64,000 nucleotides of DNA from a virus (taxonomy: Duplodnaviria > Caudoviricetes). The position numbers were made by a program, and so were the translations under genes. Positions within the stretch are counted from its first letter, which is position 1. The number at the start of each line of letters is the position of its first letter. The stretch is from positions 160,001 through 224,000 of the IMG/VR virus record IMGVR_UViG_3300038443_002533, one strand, 5' to 3'. Below are positions 35,224 through 44,757 of the stretch, one piece after another. The notes beneath the pieces are model-generated. The model saw nothing but the letters and a program-made list of their open reading frames with translations. It was not told where the DNA came from and searched no databases.

Positions 35224-35652
35224 GTGATGGTAGATTACGCGCCATTTGTTGACCTCGATAAAAACGGGGTCATTATCGTCACGCTCGTCAGCGCGATTGA
35301 AGAATTCCCCAACGCCATCATTCTGCTCAACATCAGCGCCCAGTTCAAGAACGGATGGACGGGGGATCTTCCAGATCCAGAACGCATGGTAAAGGTGTGC
35401 TTTAAAAATCCGAACAACGGGATCATGTCGACTGAAACCGTGAACGGTGTCGTCCGGCAGATTGAGTCCTTATACGCCAATGAGATCGACGCACTCTGGT
35501 TTCAAAATCTCCCCAACACGGATTACACGGTGTTGGTCGGAGGACCGATTCCGGAAGACGCCGAAATACTGCAATGGGACTGGCAGGATCTGTGTCGGTT
35601 GAAAGAACATATTCGTATGTTGTACGATCCGACTGTGTCGACGCCACATTAA
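35224..35652 (+). CDS. hypothetical phage protein
   Basis: AAGGA RBS. Confidence 0.75.
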   Translation: MMVDYAPFVDLDKNGVIIVTLVSAIEEFPNAIILLNISAQFKNGWTGDLPDPERMVKVCFKNPNNGIMSTETVNGVVRQIESLYANEIDALWFQNLPNTDYTVLVGGPIPEDAEILQWDWQDLCRLKEHIRMLYDPTVSTPH

Positions 35653-35699
35653 CCGAGGATGGGCTTACGCCCATCTGTATTTTTTGGATATGAATTCCC

Positions 35700-36134
35700 A
35701 TGTACCTTCGATTGGATTTTGCACAGCGTATGGCCGTGGCCGTACTCAGTGAACTGGCTCACCGCAGCACACCCCAACCCGGGGCACCGGAAGAGATCAT
35801 CGACGCCTCGCCCGTCATGCTGGCCAATTTCGGCGGGACGTGTTACTACAGCAAGCATTACCAACGTTTCGCCTGGATTCGCCCTTACGTGATCAAGCAA
35901 AACGGGCAAGACGTGTTACAGACGGATCGTTTGATCGTGTCGTTCGGCTACTATAAGCCGCCGCAGGATTGGCAGAACGAGGAACACCTCAACCATATGA
36001 AACACACCTACGCTGCCGAGATCGTTGACGCAGCGAATCTGATCGTCGCGTTTCTACTCGACGGTTCTCTCCCTGACAACGTGAACCCGGGTGATACGCA
36101 TACACGCGATCCTTTGGTCACCATCATCGCGTAA
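35700..36134 (+). CDS. hypothetical phage protein
   Basis: Tiles the operon. Confidence 0.75.
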   Translation: MYLRLDFAQRMAVAVLSELAHRSTPQPGAPEEIIDASPVMLANFGGTCYYSKHYQRFAWIRPYVIKQNGQDVLQTDRLIVSFGYYKPPQDWQNEEHLNHMKHTYAAEIVDAANLIVAFLLDGSLPDNVNPGDTHTRDPLVTIIA

Positions 36135-36143
36135 GGACGCACC

Positions 36144-36302
36144 ATGGCAGCTCAATGGCAGTACGTCGCTCCCGATTCCAAACCGGCTCGTCCGAACGGG
36201 AACTGGATCTGCAAGTGTGGTATCGGTAATCATTCGTACGAGCGCGCCTGCTTCAAATGCGGCAAACCGTACGAGGAAATCCTCGATCCGGAAGAAAAGT
36301 AA
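36144..36302 (+). CDS. 52-aa RanBP2-type zinc-finger-like protein (not in ORF track)
   Basis: AAGGA RBS; GNWICKCGIGNHSYERACFKCG. Confidence 0.75.
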   Translation: MAAQWQYVAPDSKPARPNGNWICKCGIGNHSYERACFKCGKPYEEILDPEEK

Positions 36303-36337
36303 TCGCGTCACCATAACCAACAACAACTAGGACACCT

Positions 36338-36724
36338 ATGAAGTCAATCGCTGTTGCTCTACCACCTTGGGTGGACGAGAAGAGGAAAGAACTCGTCTAT
36401 AGCCCACAGCCTTCGCTGTACTTTACGCTGGGGCCATTGTTACAGTGGCAAGACATCGATGTGATGTTCACCGAGCTGGCTAACTACGCCGCGGGTTCTG
36501 GCGTCAAACTCCAGATCACGGAACTCGTCAAAGAACTCAAGGACCTGTGTTCGCCGCAGACCTTGGTGGCCCGCCTCTCGGTTTCCAATATTCTGAGAGA
36601 ACAGTTCATCCTGCACGTCGCGGCCGCTGAACAGCTCGGTACCACGTTGTACGCTTATGTGATCCGCCTCAGCCCACAAGGCAGTATCATGGGCATACGC
36701 GCCACCCACCTTTACCCTAACTGA
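36338..36724 (+). CDS. hypothetical phage protein
   Basis: CAA-rich leader, AGGA RBS. Confidence 0.8.
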   Translation: MKSIAVALPPWVDEKRKELVYSPQPSLYFTLGPLLQWQDIDVMFTELANYAAGSGVKLQITELVKELKDLCSPQTLVARLSVSNILREQFILHVAAAEQLGTTLYAYVIRLSPQGSIMGIRATHLYPN

Positions 36725-36735
36725 GAGTTACACGG

Positions 36736-37188
36736 ATGCAGATTTTCGAGAAGATCAAGGGATATTCACCCAACGCCGATGCCAGTGATTTTAACTTCGT
36801 ACGTCAAGTCATCGAAGAACTTGACCTCATTCCCACCAAAGACAAAGTGGTGTTTCCTGTGGCTAACCGTAGCTCCGCGTTTGCGGACATCGAATGCCAG
36901 CTGGGTTACAGCGACGATGGTCGCCCGTATGGGGAATTCAGCTTCGTGTTGCGGCGCGAAGAACTGGGGATGGCCCACACCGCGATTGTCACCACCACGG
37001 TGGAACAAGGTGGGTTGAAACTGCATCTGCAAATCCGTCCGAACAACAAGCTGCGTAAAGCCGGCCACCGCAGCATCACCCGCATCCTGCCGACCGCCAA
37101 AGCCATGGCACAAGCGATCTGCGCGAACTACGCACCCGGTTCGGTCGGACGTAAAGTTGTCCCCATTGTCACCAAACAACCAGCATAA
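36736..37188 (+). CDS. hypothetical phage protein
   Basis: Followed by a terminator at 37183-37228. Confidence 0.8.
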   Translation: MQIFEKIKGYSPNADASDFNFVRQVIEELDLIPTKDKVVFPVANRSSAFADIECQLGYSDDGRPYGEFSFVLRREELGMAHTAIVTTTVEQGGLKLHLQIRPNNKLRKAGHRSITRILPTAKAMAQAICANYAPGSVGRKVVPIVTKQPA

Positions 37189-37258
37189 GCCTACCACCCT
37201 GCCCCCGACGGGGTGGGGTAGTATGCCGTCTATTCCACAACCAAGAAAAGGAACTACC

Positions 37259-37570
37259 ATGTCTACTTCCGTCATCAAAGTCCCCGTGAACGATCAAGCA
37301 GCACTGCATTCCACGTTCGAAGGTCGCCGCCGCCCATCCTTGGGCGCTGTCTTTCAGCGCATTCTGACCGAGAAGAATATCGACGATACGAAGCTCGCCA
37401 CTCTCATCGATCAATGGATTGAACGTACGGGTGGCGAACTCACCGACCGTAGCGCTGAACATGAAGCAAAATACTGGAATATGCATTTGAAAGATCCGAA
37501 CCTGTCATGGGTGCGGTTCTGCGTCGGTTTGACTATCGTCGGAGTCAATGAATTGACGTTGTTGGCGTAA
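37259..37570 (+). CDS. hypothetical phage protein
   Basis: Start reassigned to ATG 37259 after AAGGA. Confidence 0.75.
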   Translation: MSTSVIKVPVNDQAALHSTFEGRRRPSLGAVFQRILTEKNIDDTKLATLIDQWIERTGGELTDRSAEHEAKYWNMHLKDPNLSWVRFCVGLTIVGVNELTLLA

Positions 37571-37667
37571 GTTGAATTAGCTTCAAAAGTTGCTGCGGTT
37601 AAAGAATATTGGCAAAACAAACACTATAGTACCACTATCTTTAACCCGGTAATACAAGGAGCTAATC

Positions 37668-38231
37668 ATGCGTAAGTCAGCGAATGAGCAAGACACGATC
37701 GTGGTGGCAGCGACCGGTAAATCAAAGGGTAAGCCAGCCGACACTGTGATCAAGGTCATGGAGTTGGTGGAAGAAAACCTCACCCATCCGAAGATCGAGG
37801 TGATCGACAACAAGCACCCGGCCAAGCCGGTGAAAGGCACGCGCTACAAAAAGGTCGAGGCGAAAGACGCCAATCCGGTGCATCAAAGCAAACCCAAAGC
37901 CAAAGCAGCGAAACCCAAGGAGAAGACTCAATCCTTGGTGAAGGAAATCGACGCGACGGCCGATGCGACCTTGGCGGTATTGCGCCAAGAAGAAACCAAA
38001 GCGGTGTTCGATACCGCGAACCGCTGGGCCAGCCGGGAAGACCTGACGCCCCTGGAACGGTGCCATGGCACGGCCCATGAAGTCTACGTAATGGACCATC
38101 CGCCATCCAAGGCAGGGCACAAGCAACAGCAAGCCCGACACGAGTCGTACATGACGCAATTCGATCAACACTTCCTCGGGGAAATCGAACAGCGTCGTAT
38201 CCGCGCTGCGCGTGAACTCTTTACCAATTAA
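37668..38231 (+). CDS. 'AAKDLF' paralog array member 1
   Basis: Ends RRIRAARELFTN. Confidence 0.85.
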   Translation: MRKSANEQDTIVVAATGKSKGKPADTVIKVMELVEENLTHPKIEVIDNKHPAKPVKGTRYKKVEAKDANPVHQSKPKAKAAKPKEKTQSLVKEIDATADATLAVLRQEETKAVFDTANRWASREDLTPLERCHGTAHEVYVMDHPPSKAGHKQQQARHESYMTQFDQHFLGEIEQRRIRAARELFTN

Positions 38232-38302
38232 TTTTTGAGCGAAAACGATAATCATGGGGGTGCAAGCCTCCATGATTATTAGTTTCATTGAAAGGATCGA
38301 CC

Positions 38303-39022
38303 ATGTTTTTCGATGATGGGGACGATAGCGATGAAGAAAGACAAGAAAGAGAGAATCTCAAGAAGATTACCGGTACGGTGATTACAATTTTAGGCATTCC
38401 TAAAGATGCGAGCGCGGCGGGTATCAACACACTGGTCAATGAGGTCTCTGAAACTGCGCTGAACAACATGCGCGATGTGGAAGTCTCCCACGTATCATCG
38501 GTGCCGGTTTTCACCGCGCGTAACATTGAATTGTTGGAATCGAAAGAAAACCTAGAAGATAAAACGCTGAGTCAGCCCATTGGGCGGGCGATGGCGACGA
38601 TTATTCACGCTGTCACGGAGTTGGAAGAGCGCGAAGGAAATTTAGAACGCGAACGTCAGTGGACAAGCCTCACTGAAGAAGAACAACAGGCGCTTATCAA
38701 AAAGCATCAACGCGACGAACGCGAATGGAATAAGCAGGCAGCTATCAACGCGGAACATCGACGGCAAGAGGAACTCGACAACGCTTTTGATATCGCGCAG
38801 AAATGGGGTAATCGCGCCGGACTCACCAACCAAGAAGTGGCCCATGGTGTCGCGTACGATTTCCATCGCCTCCATGCTCACCCCCATACCGTGGATGTCG
38901 AGACAGGTGCTGTCAAAATGTACAACCCTGCTCAAGATTACGCTGACCACTATCAAACCCATTTCGCGGAACAAATTCAATCACGCACGATTCGTGCGGC
39001 GAAAGCCCTATTCGGAGAATAA
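38303..39022 (+). CDS. 'AAKDLF' paralog array member 2
   Basis: Ends RTIRAAKALFGE. Confidence 0.85.
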   Translation: MFFDDGDDSDEERQERENLKKITGTVITILGIPKDASAAGINTLVNEVSETALNNMRDVEVSHVSSVPVFTARNIELLESKENLEDKTLSQPIGRAMATIIHAVTELEEREGNLERERQWTSLTEEEQQALIKKHQRDEREWNKQAAINAEHRRQEELDNAFDIAQKWGNRAGLTNQEVAHGVAYDFHRLHAHPHTVDVETGAVKMYNPAQDYADHYQTHFAEQIQSRTIRAAKALFGE

Positions 39023-39025
39023 ACC

Positions 39026-39682
39026 ATGCCTATCAAACAACAACGTGAGATGGAAGTTTCGGTGAAGGGTCGAACCTTCATGGTGAAGTATGAATGCTTG
39101 AAGAACGAGACCGTGAGCCCGGTTGAATTTCACGCGGCGCTGGAAGAAATCATCCAGATGAGCGGCGGCATCCGCGCTGGTTCACTCACGGGCATGTCGC
39201 AAAATAGCTTGCGGCAAAACTTTACTTTCCGCGAAGTCAGCAGCGATGAGCAGATCGAGCAGTATCACGCGGTCGAGACCATCAAGCAATTCATGGAAGG
39301 GATTGACGCTGTTGGTGATCGCGCTTTAATAGAGACCGTTTCGCCGCAATTCGCCAAAGTTTTCCAACAGTTGCGCGAAGGAGAACTGACTGCCGAAGAG
39401 GGGGTTAGTATCATGAATGACGCTATCGCGCTGGCGCGTCAAAACCAGCACCAGAAACATCAGCAACGTTACCTGGATATCGCCGAGCAATGGGCGAACA
39501 AACCGAATCTAACGTTGCGGGAAGCTTGTCATGGTGTCGCTTATGACACTTACTGCGTCGCTCATCCCGAACAACCCAAAGTCATGGCGCGTCAAGAATA
39601 CGGTCAACGTTACGATAGCCATTTCGTTGACCAAATCAAAAACCGCCAGATCAAGGCGGCCAAAGATTTGTTTGGAGAGTAA
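39026..39682 (+). CDS. 'AAKDLF' paralog array member 3
   Basis: Ends RQIKAAKDLFGE. Confidence 0.85.
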   Translation: MPIKQQREMEVSVKGRTFMVKYECLKNETVSPVEFHAALEEIIQMSGGIRAGSLTGMSQNSLRQNFTFREVSSDEQIEQYHAVETIKQFMEGIDAVGDRALIETVSPQFAKVFQQLREGELTAEEGVSIMNDAIALARQNQHQKHQQRYLDIAEQWANKPNLTLREACHGVAYDTYCVAHPEQPKVMARQEYGQRYDSHFVDQIKNRQIKAAKDLFGE

Positions 39683-39683
39683 G

Positions 39684-40127
39684 ATGAAAGGTACTCATGC
39701 CAACATCGATCCTATCGTCGATCTATATCAACGGTTTTACGTAAAGAGCAATAAGTTAAATGGCCAAGTGGATGATGAAGTGCTCGACCGTTTAACTGCT
39801 GAGTATGCCGACGATGTGAAGCGCGGGCGAGATGTCGATAAGGTTGTCGACGAGTTAACTGCAAAAGCCCTACGCTGGCAGTCTAAACGACAACACAGTG
39901 AAGCGTGCGAATTCTTCAACATCGCTGAGATGGTCGCTACCACGCCTGATATCACGGTGAGTGAAGCCTGCCATAAACTTGGGAAATTCTACTATTTGGC
40001 CAACCACAAGGTCAAAGGCGATCCCCAGGTTCTTTCTCAAAAGTATAACCAACTCTACGACAACCACTACACGAAACAAATCGAAGCGCGCCAAGTCCAG
40101 GCAGCCAAAGACCTTTTCGGGAATTAA
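39684..40127 (+). CDS. 'AAKDLF' paralog array member 4
   Basis: Ends RQVQAAKDLFGN. Confidence 0.85.
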   Translation: MKGTHANIDPIVDLYQRFYVKSNKLNGQVDDEVLDRLTAEYADDVKRGRDVDKVVDELTAKALRWQSKRQHSEACEFFNIAEMVATTPDITVSEACHKLGKFYYLANHKVKGDPQVLSQKYNQLYDNHYTKQIEARQVQAAKDLFGN

Positions 40128-40129
40128 CC

Positions 40130-41284
40130 ATGGCCCATAACTCGCAAGACATCGTGGGGGAAATCACCCTCAAAGAAATGACACCCGTCATCCGCGCGGT
40201 GTTTAACTGTTACAACCTTTCAATGAACCCACAAAGTCCTGGGGTGTATGCGTTCTGCACTGGCGAATCGTTCAGTCATTTCGGTATCGATGGTAACGGT
40301 ACGTGGGGTGAATTCATCGAAGACCTCGTTGATCTCGCCGTCGAACTCAAGGTCAGCGATGGCGACTATGCTGCCGGAGATTATGGTTACGGTCTTATCG
40401 TTAAGCTTTTGCTGACGCACTTTGGTCAGGGTAACCACCCCGCCGCCCACGAGCTGATTCAGATTGCGCAAGGGGCGTCGGAGTACGATAACATCGAGAT
40501 GTGGTATTTGTTTGATCTCGCCAAGCTGTTGGATGATGGCCATGGCCTTCATGCGTACCAGTTGGGCAGTGCGTGGTATTGCTCGAAACCCAGGCCAGGT
40601 GAGTTCGGCGGTTACAGTGAATTTCAGAACCAAAATGTAAAGATGTACCGCACCTCGGCAATGGTTGACCAGCATGCTCCGGCCGTCTCGACCCTACTGG
40701 ACGAAAAGAGCTACGAGCAAGTCGGAGCGATGTACGCCAGGGAAGCTGATGCACTCATCGGCGGGATCATTGATCCTTACGCGCAGCACCAGGTCGCCTG
40801 TCACGTGATCAAGAACTTGAACGACCATTACAGCAGTATGTTCGTCGAGCAACCCGCCAGTAACGATCCAACCACCGCTCAGAGCTACGAGACTACCGCT
40901 GTTCGGATGACGACGGATGAAGCGCATGCTGAAATCGCGCACTCGATGTACCACATCGCGCGCAAATGGGCGGATATGCCGGCTACTATCGACAATTACA
41001 CGTTGATCACGGGTGCGCTGGGTGAATTCACGCAACTGCTCCAGGAGGGTAATGGTGCCACCATACCGCCGATGCAGCTGTACCCCATCAACCCCACCGA
41101 CCAAATTTACGACCCCACCGTTTACCGCAATAACGAAATGGAAAAAGGGCGTTGGAACTTTAATCAACCGCTGCCACTCGTCGACCCCGTCTCGAACGTC
41201 AGCCTGTCTCAATCGTTCGAAGATATTTCGCGTGGCCTGGAGATGAACCGCATTAACGCTGCGAAAAAGATGTTTGGTTCTTAA
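40130..41284 (+). CDS. 'AAKDLF' paralog array member 5
   Basis: Ends NRINAAKKMFGS. Confidence 0.85.
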   Translation: MAHNSQDIVGEITLKEMTPVIRAVFNCYNLSMNPQSPGVYAFCTGESFSHFGIDGNGTWGEFIEDLVDLAVELKVSDGDYAAGDYGYGLIVKLLLTHFGQGNHPAAHELIQIAQGASEYDNIEMWYLFDLAKLLDDGHGLHAYQLGSAWYCSKPRPGEFGGYSEFQNQNVKMYRTSAMVDQHAPAVSTLLDEKSYEQVGAMYAREADALIGGIIDPYAQHQVACHVIKNLNDHYSSMFVEQPASNDPTTAQSYETTAVRMTTDEAHAEIAHSMYHIARKWADMPATIDNYTLITGALGEFTQLLQEGNGATIPPMQLYPINPTDQIYDPTVYRNNEMEKGRWNFNQPLPLVDPVSNVSLSQSFEDISRGLEMNRINAAKKMFGS

Positions 41285-41320
41285 CCCAACCGATTTCACT
41301 AATAACGAAAGGATATCACC

Positions 41321-41842
41321 ATGACGGTTATTCAAGGTTTTAGCCAAATTAAACAACTCGACGTGCTGTTCGACAAAGATGGTTACCCCGTTAATCCAAG
41401 CACACGGGAGGTTCTCGCCGACCTTACTTATATTCAACTTTATATCAATTCTGATTTTCCCAAACACGGGGAAGGAATCGATAGCGGTGGTGTGTATGGG
41501 TTCGAGTCCACGATCGGTTTTTCGATGGGTTACGGTTATTTGTACCGATGGCGTGAGCAATTGGGAAAGATGATTGGATATCCAGCTAAACCAACCGATC
41601 ACGGTGATTCTTACATGGAAGGCGCCTATCAAGCAGGCGCCGGTCCGTTCTATGAACTGATTTGGTTTACCGATAACAATGGCGTGATCAACACAGCATT
41701 CTGCCAAAAACTGCTCAAGGATTTTGAAGAATGGAATGAACGCGCGAAAGCTCTAGGTGACGAAAAGTTCTATTCGGGTTACGAGTGTTTCTTGGCTGTA
41801 TTTCAGAAAGCTGCTGATAACGGCGTAGTCAACTATCAATAA
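41321..41842 (+). CDS. hypothetical protein interrupting the array (no tag)
   Basis: AAAGGATATCACC leader; lacks the shared C-terminus. Confidence 0.85.
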   Translation: MTVIQGFSQIKQLDVLFDKDGYPVNPSTREVLADLTYIQLYINSDFPKHGEGIDSGGVYGFESTIGFSMGYGYLYRWREQLGKMIGYPAKPTDHGDSYMEGAYQAGAGPFYELIWFTDNNGVINTAFCQKLLKDFEEWNERAKALGDEKFYSGYECFLAVFQKAADNGVVNYQ

Positions 41843-41861
41843 CAGCAACGAAAGGATACCC

Positions 41862-42860
41862 ATGCCGCAAGACAACGAACCAAAGAGTTGGCAGAATGGT
41901 TGGGCTCAAGCAACACTGGCGTGGCAAATCTGCGCGAGTATCCACCGAACCTACGCGAAAGATAAAGATCCTTTCTTTACCACCCGTCAAAACGATTTTA
42001 TCAATAACACCGAACGTGCCCGGCAAAAGTATCTGGCACAGCAACCTAAGGATATCACCATGACCAACAAACGCGCCGCGCGCCAGTTCTTCACTGATGA
42101 AGATTATCGGAAAGCCATCCGCAAAACCGCTATTCGCGATATCGAGCAGAGTATCAAATTGGCTGACGATGAAGAACGTCGGGCGAAAAATGGTACGGTA
42201 CAGGAAGAATATTACCACCCGCCAGTCGATATGGCTGACGTCGCCGCCAACGCCATTATTAACAATCTCGATGATCGCGGTGGCGTGAACCTCGATTTCG
42301 ATCCAGAGATCAATCGCGAGATCGCTGACACGGTGGCTGAGATCGTGCGTCAGGCCACGGCGCCCGACAACAACATCTACGAACGTACACCCACGATCGA
42401 TCTCCACCCCTACACGCAACTCAACACCCCTGACTTAAAATCGCGGGACGGTGAAGTTTACCCGCAGCACATTCGTGAATTCTTGTTCGACCACATCATC
42501 GACAAAGCGATCGAACACGGCGAAGAACCCGGCGGATATACGCCGGTCGAACGGTGTCTGCGTACGGCACGCAGCATCATCAACGCCATCGATGGCGGCG
42601 CCGGCAATCAACCTATCGGGCAAGGTCTGCCTTTGTTGCAGTTGATCTTGGCACCCCACCCCCGTTATGTCGAAGCTCGGGTACGGCACGAAGAACCGAT
42701 GTTGCCCGAGAATGAGGTGATGGTCGATTACGGGTTGCTGCCACCCAACGATTATCAAACCGGCATGGCAGATGCCTTCGACCGCCGCTTCGATCAACGG
42801 TTCGACGACCAAATCAAAGCCCGCACGATCCGTGCAGCTAAAGATCTTTTCGAGGGATAA
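41862..42860 (+). CDS. 'AAKDLF' paralog array member 6 (possible second start at 42060)
   Basis: Ends RTIRAAKDLFEG. Confidence 0.85.
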   Translation: MPQDNEPKSWQNGWAQATLAWQICASIHRTYAKDKDPFFTTRQNDFINNTERARQKYLAQQPKDITMTNKRAARQFFTDEDYRKAIRKTAIRDIEQSIKLADDEERRAKNGTVQEEYYHPPVDMADVAANAIINNLDDRGGVNLDFDPEINREIADTVAEIVRQATAPDNNIYERTPTIDLHPYTQLNTPDLKSRDGEVYPQHIREFLFDHIIDKAIEHGEEPGGYTPVERCLRTARSIINAIDGGAGNQPIGQGLPLLQLILAPHPRYVEARVRHEEPMLPENEVMVDYGLLPPNDYQTGMADAFDRRFDQRFDDQIKARTIRAAKDLFEG

Positions 42861-42862
42861 AC

Positions 42863-43510
42863 ATGGGCCTGACTTTTACACGGGATTTTTACACCAACAA
42901 AGATTATCAGGAAGATATCCGAAACGTCGCTCGGCTTCATTTGGCTGAAATTCCTGTTCATCAGCCAGTTGCGGCTATCTTTCCCGAATACGAAATCAAA
43001 GATACCGCGGAGCGCGTAGCCTTGGCCGCCCTCGCCAGCATCGCAGAGATGGAAAATGCGGAGATGCTCGGTAAAGATAACGCTTACCGTGAAGACTACG
43101 TCGATCGTGTCGCTGAAATCATTCGTCAAGGAATGGCCCCGAGTTCACACGATGCACCCGTTCTCGATGCGGCGCAGTTCGATACGCAACCAGTGGAGAT
43201 GAACAAACCACTCGATCTGTTCGAACGCGCGCATGTGAAGTGGGGATTGGAACGTTGGGATGGTGTACAGGGGGCGTTCATGACCGCCGAGAAATGGGCA
43301 TGTCGTACCGACCTTACGGAGCGTGAACGTTGTCATGGCGTCGCGCATGACGTCTATCATCAGGCTGGCACCCGCGTTACACTGGACCGGATCGGGCAAG
43401 ACATGCCCGTGAACCCAGGTCAGGACTATGCGAACTTTTACGAAGGCCAGTTCGGTAGCCAAATCAGGAGCCGCACCATGAGAGCAGCGCTCGATTTGTT
43501 CAAGGATTAA
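42863..43510 (+). CDS. 'AAKDLF' paralog array member 7
   Basis: Ends RTMRAALDLFKD. Confidence 0.85.
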   Translation: MGLTFTRDFYTNKDYQEDIRNVARLHLAEIPVHQPVAAIFPEYEIKDTAERVALAALASIAEMENAEMLGKDNAYREDYVDRVAEIIRQGMAPSSHDAPVLDAAQFDTQPVEMNKPLDLFERAHVKWGLERWDGVQGAFMTAEKWACRTDLTERERCHGVAHDVYHQAGTRVTLDRIGQDMPVNPGQDYANFYEGQFGSQIRSRTMRAALDLFKD

Positions 43511-43515
43511 TCGCC

Positions 43516-44295
43516 ATGAAACGTGAAGAATACTTACCCCCTACCGACCCGAACGATCCCTCCTATAGATCCGCAAAAGGTATCATCAGCGCAGTGCACG
43601 ATTTCGCTGACCGTGGCGTCGTTTACGACATGTGGCCAATCGATGACCCGATTCGGGAAGCGGCGTTGTGTGTAGTCAGTGCCGTGCAACTGAAAGGGGG
43701 TAGTACGGTCGATAAGGCGCTGATGAAACTGCCAATGGACCAGAGACGCACCCTCGTCGACACGATTCGTAGCGTCATCGAAATCAGCGTCGATAAAATC
43801 AACCACGCCGGAGACCACGTTCACCAAATCGGCTCACCATTTCCCGATAACCCCAACGTGCTCCCGAAGATGACGCAGGCAGAACAACTCTGGGTAATCG
43901 CCAAAGAAGCGCACATCATCGCCAACCATTGGGACATGTTGCCTGATGAACTCGGTCAACGTGAGCGCATCATGGGGGCGGTGCACGATGTGCTCAGTCT
44001 GTTCCAGAATGGTAATCCCTCAGTGCCGGCCATGGTGTTGACACCGATCGATCCGGAAACCGATGAAGGGTGCGCTGCTATCATCCAACGCGATGGTGAA
44101 TTGATGGGGTTGGATTGGCAATACGGTCAACCCATGTACCCCGCACATCCCGCCCCTTCCCCCAACGCACAACTCTTTCACATTAACAACGCCCCTGGCT
44201 CGTTGACGCACACGTTCCAGGGTGTTTATGAAACCCTGCGCGAGCGTTATCGCACTTCGGCCCGCGACCTCTTTGGAGACCCTAGCAATGACTAA
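43516..44295 (+). CDS. 'AAKDLF' paralog array member 8
   Basis: Ends RYRTSARDLFGDPSND. Confidence 0.85.
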   Translation: MKREEYLPPTDPNDPSYRSAKGIISAVHDFADRGVVYDMWPIDDPIREAALCVVSAVQLKGGSTVDKALMKLPMDQRRTLVDTIRSVIEISVDKINHAGDHVHQIGSPFPDNPNVLPKMTQAEQLWVIAKEAHIIANHWDMLPDELGQRERIMGAVHDVLSLFQNGNPSVPAMVLTPIDPETDEGCAAIIQRDGELMGLDWQYGQPMYPAHPAPSPNAQLFHINNAPGSLTHTFQGVYETLRERYRTSARDLFGDPSND

Positions 44296-44749
44296 CAAAG
44301 CCTTGAGCATCGACGACATCGGGAAAAATAACCCGTACGAAAACACCCCAATCCTTACCCGAGAAGAAGCACTTGACGCTATCGCTCGCGCCGCGCTTAA
44401 CAAAGCAGAGCTGATGTGGGGCGAATCTCGAATGAGTTCGCGACTCACTATCGATGATCGAGTCTATGGTGCCGTTTATTCAACACTGAAATTACTGCAA
44501 GAAGGAGTGGAGGGGCGTATCCCGCCGTTTGATTTGGTGCCGCAATTGCCGTTGGACGAAGCCACGACAGAACCCACGATACCCGTCCGGCGTGAAGAAA
44601 AGATTGTCCTAGGCGGCTGGCCGCAAGATCCGATCTCGCTTGCCGCCACCCCGACCGACCCGGTTAGCTTGACGTCGACGTACGCCGACATTTACGACAG
44701 TTTCCGCGAACGCCTGGCGGCCAGTGCCCGTGACTTATTCCGCGATTAG
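44288..44749 (+). CDS. 'AAKDLF' paralog array member 9
   Basis: Ends RLAASARDLFRD. Confidence 0.85.
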   Translation: MTNKALSIDDIGKNNPYENTPILTREEALDAIARAALNKAELMWGESRMSSRLTIDDRVYGAVYSTLKLLQEGVEGRIPPFDLVPQLPLDEATTEPTIPVRREEKIVLGGWPQDPISLAATPTDPVSLTSTYADIYDSFRERLAASARDLFRD

Positions 44750-44757
44750 GGGGGAAT

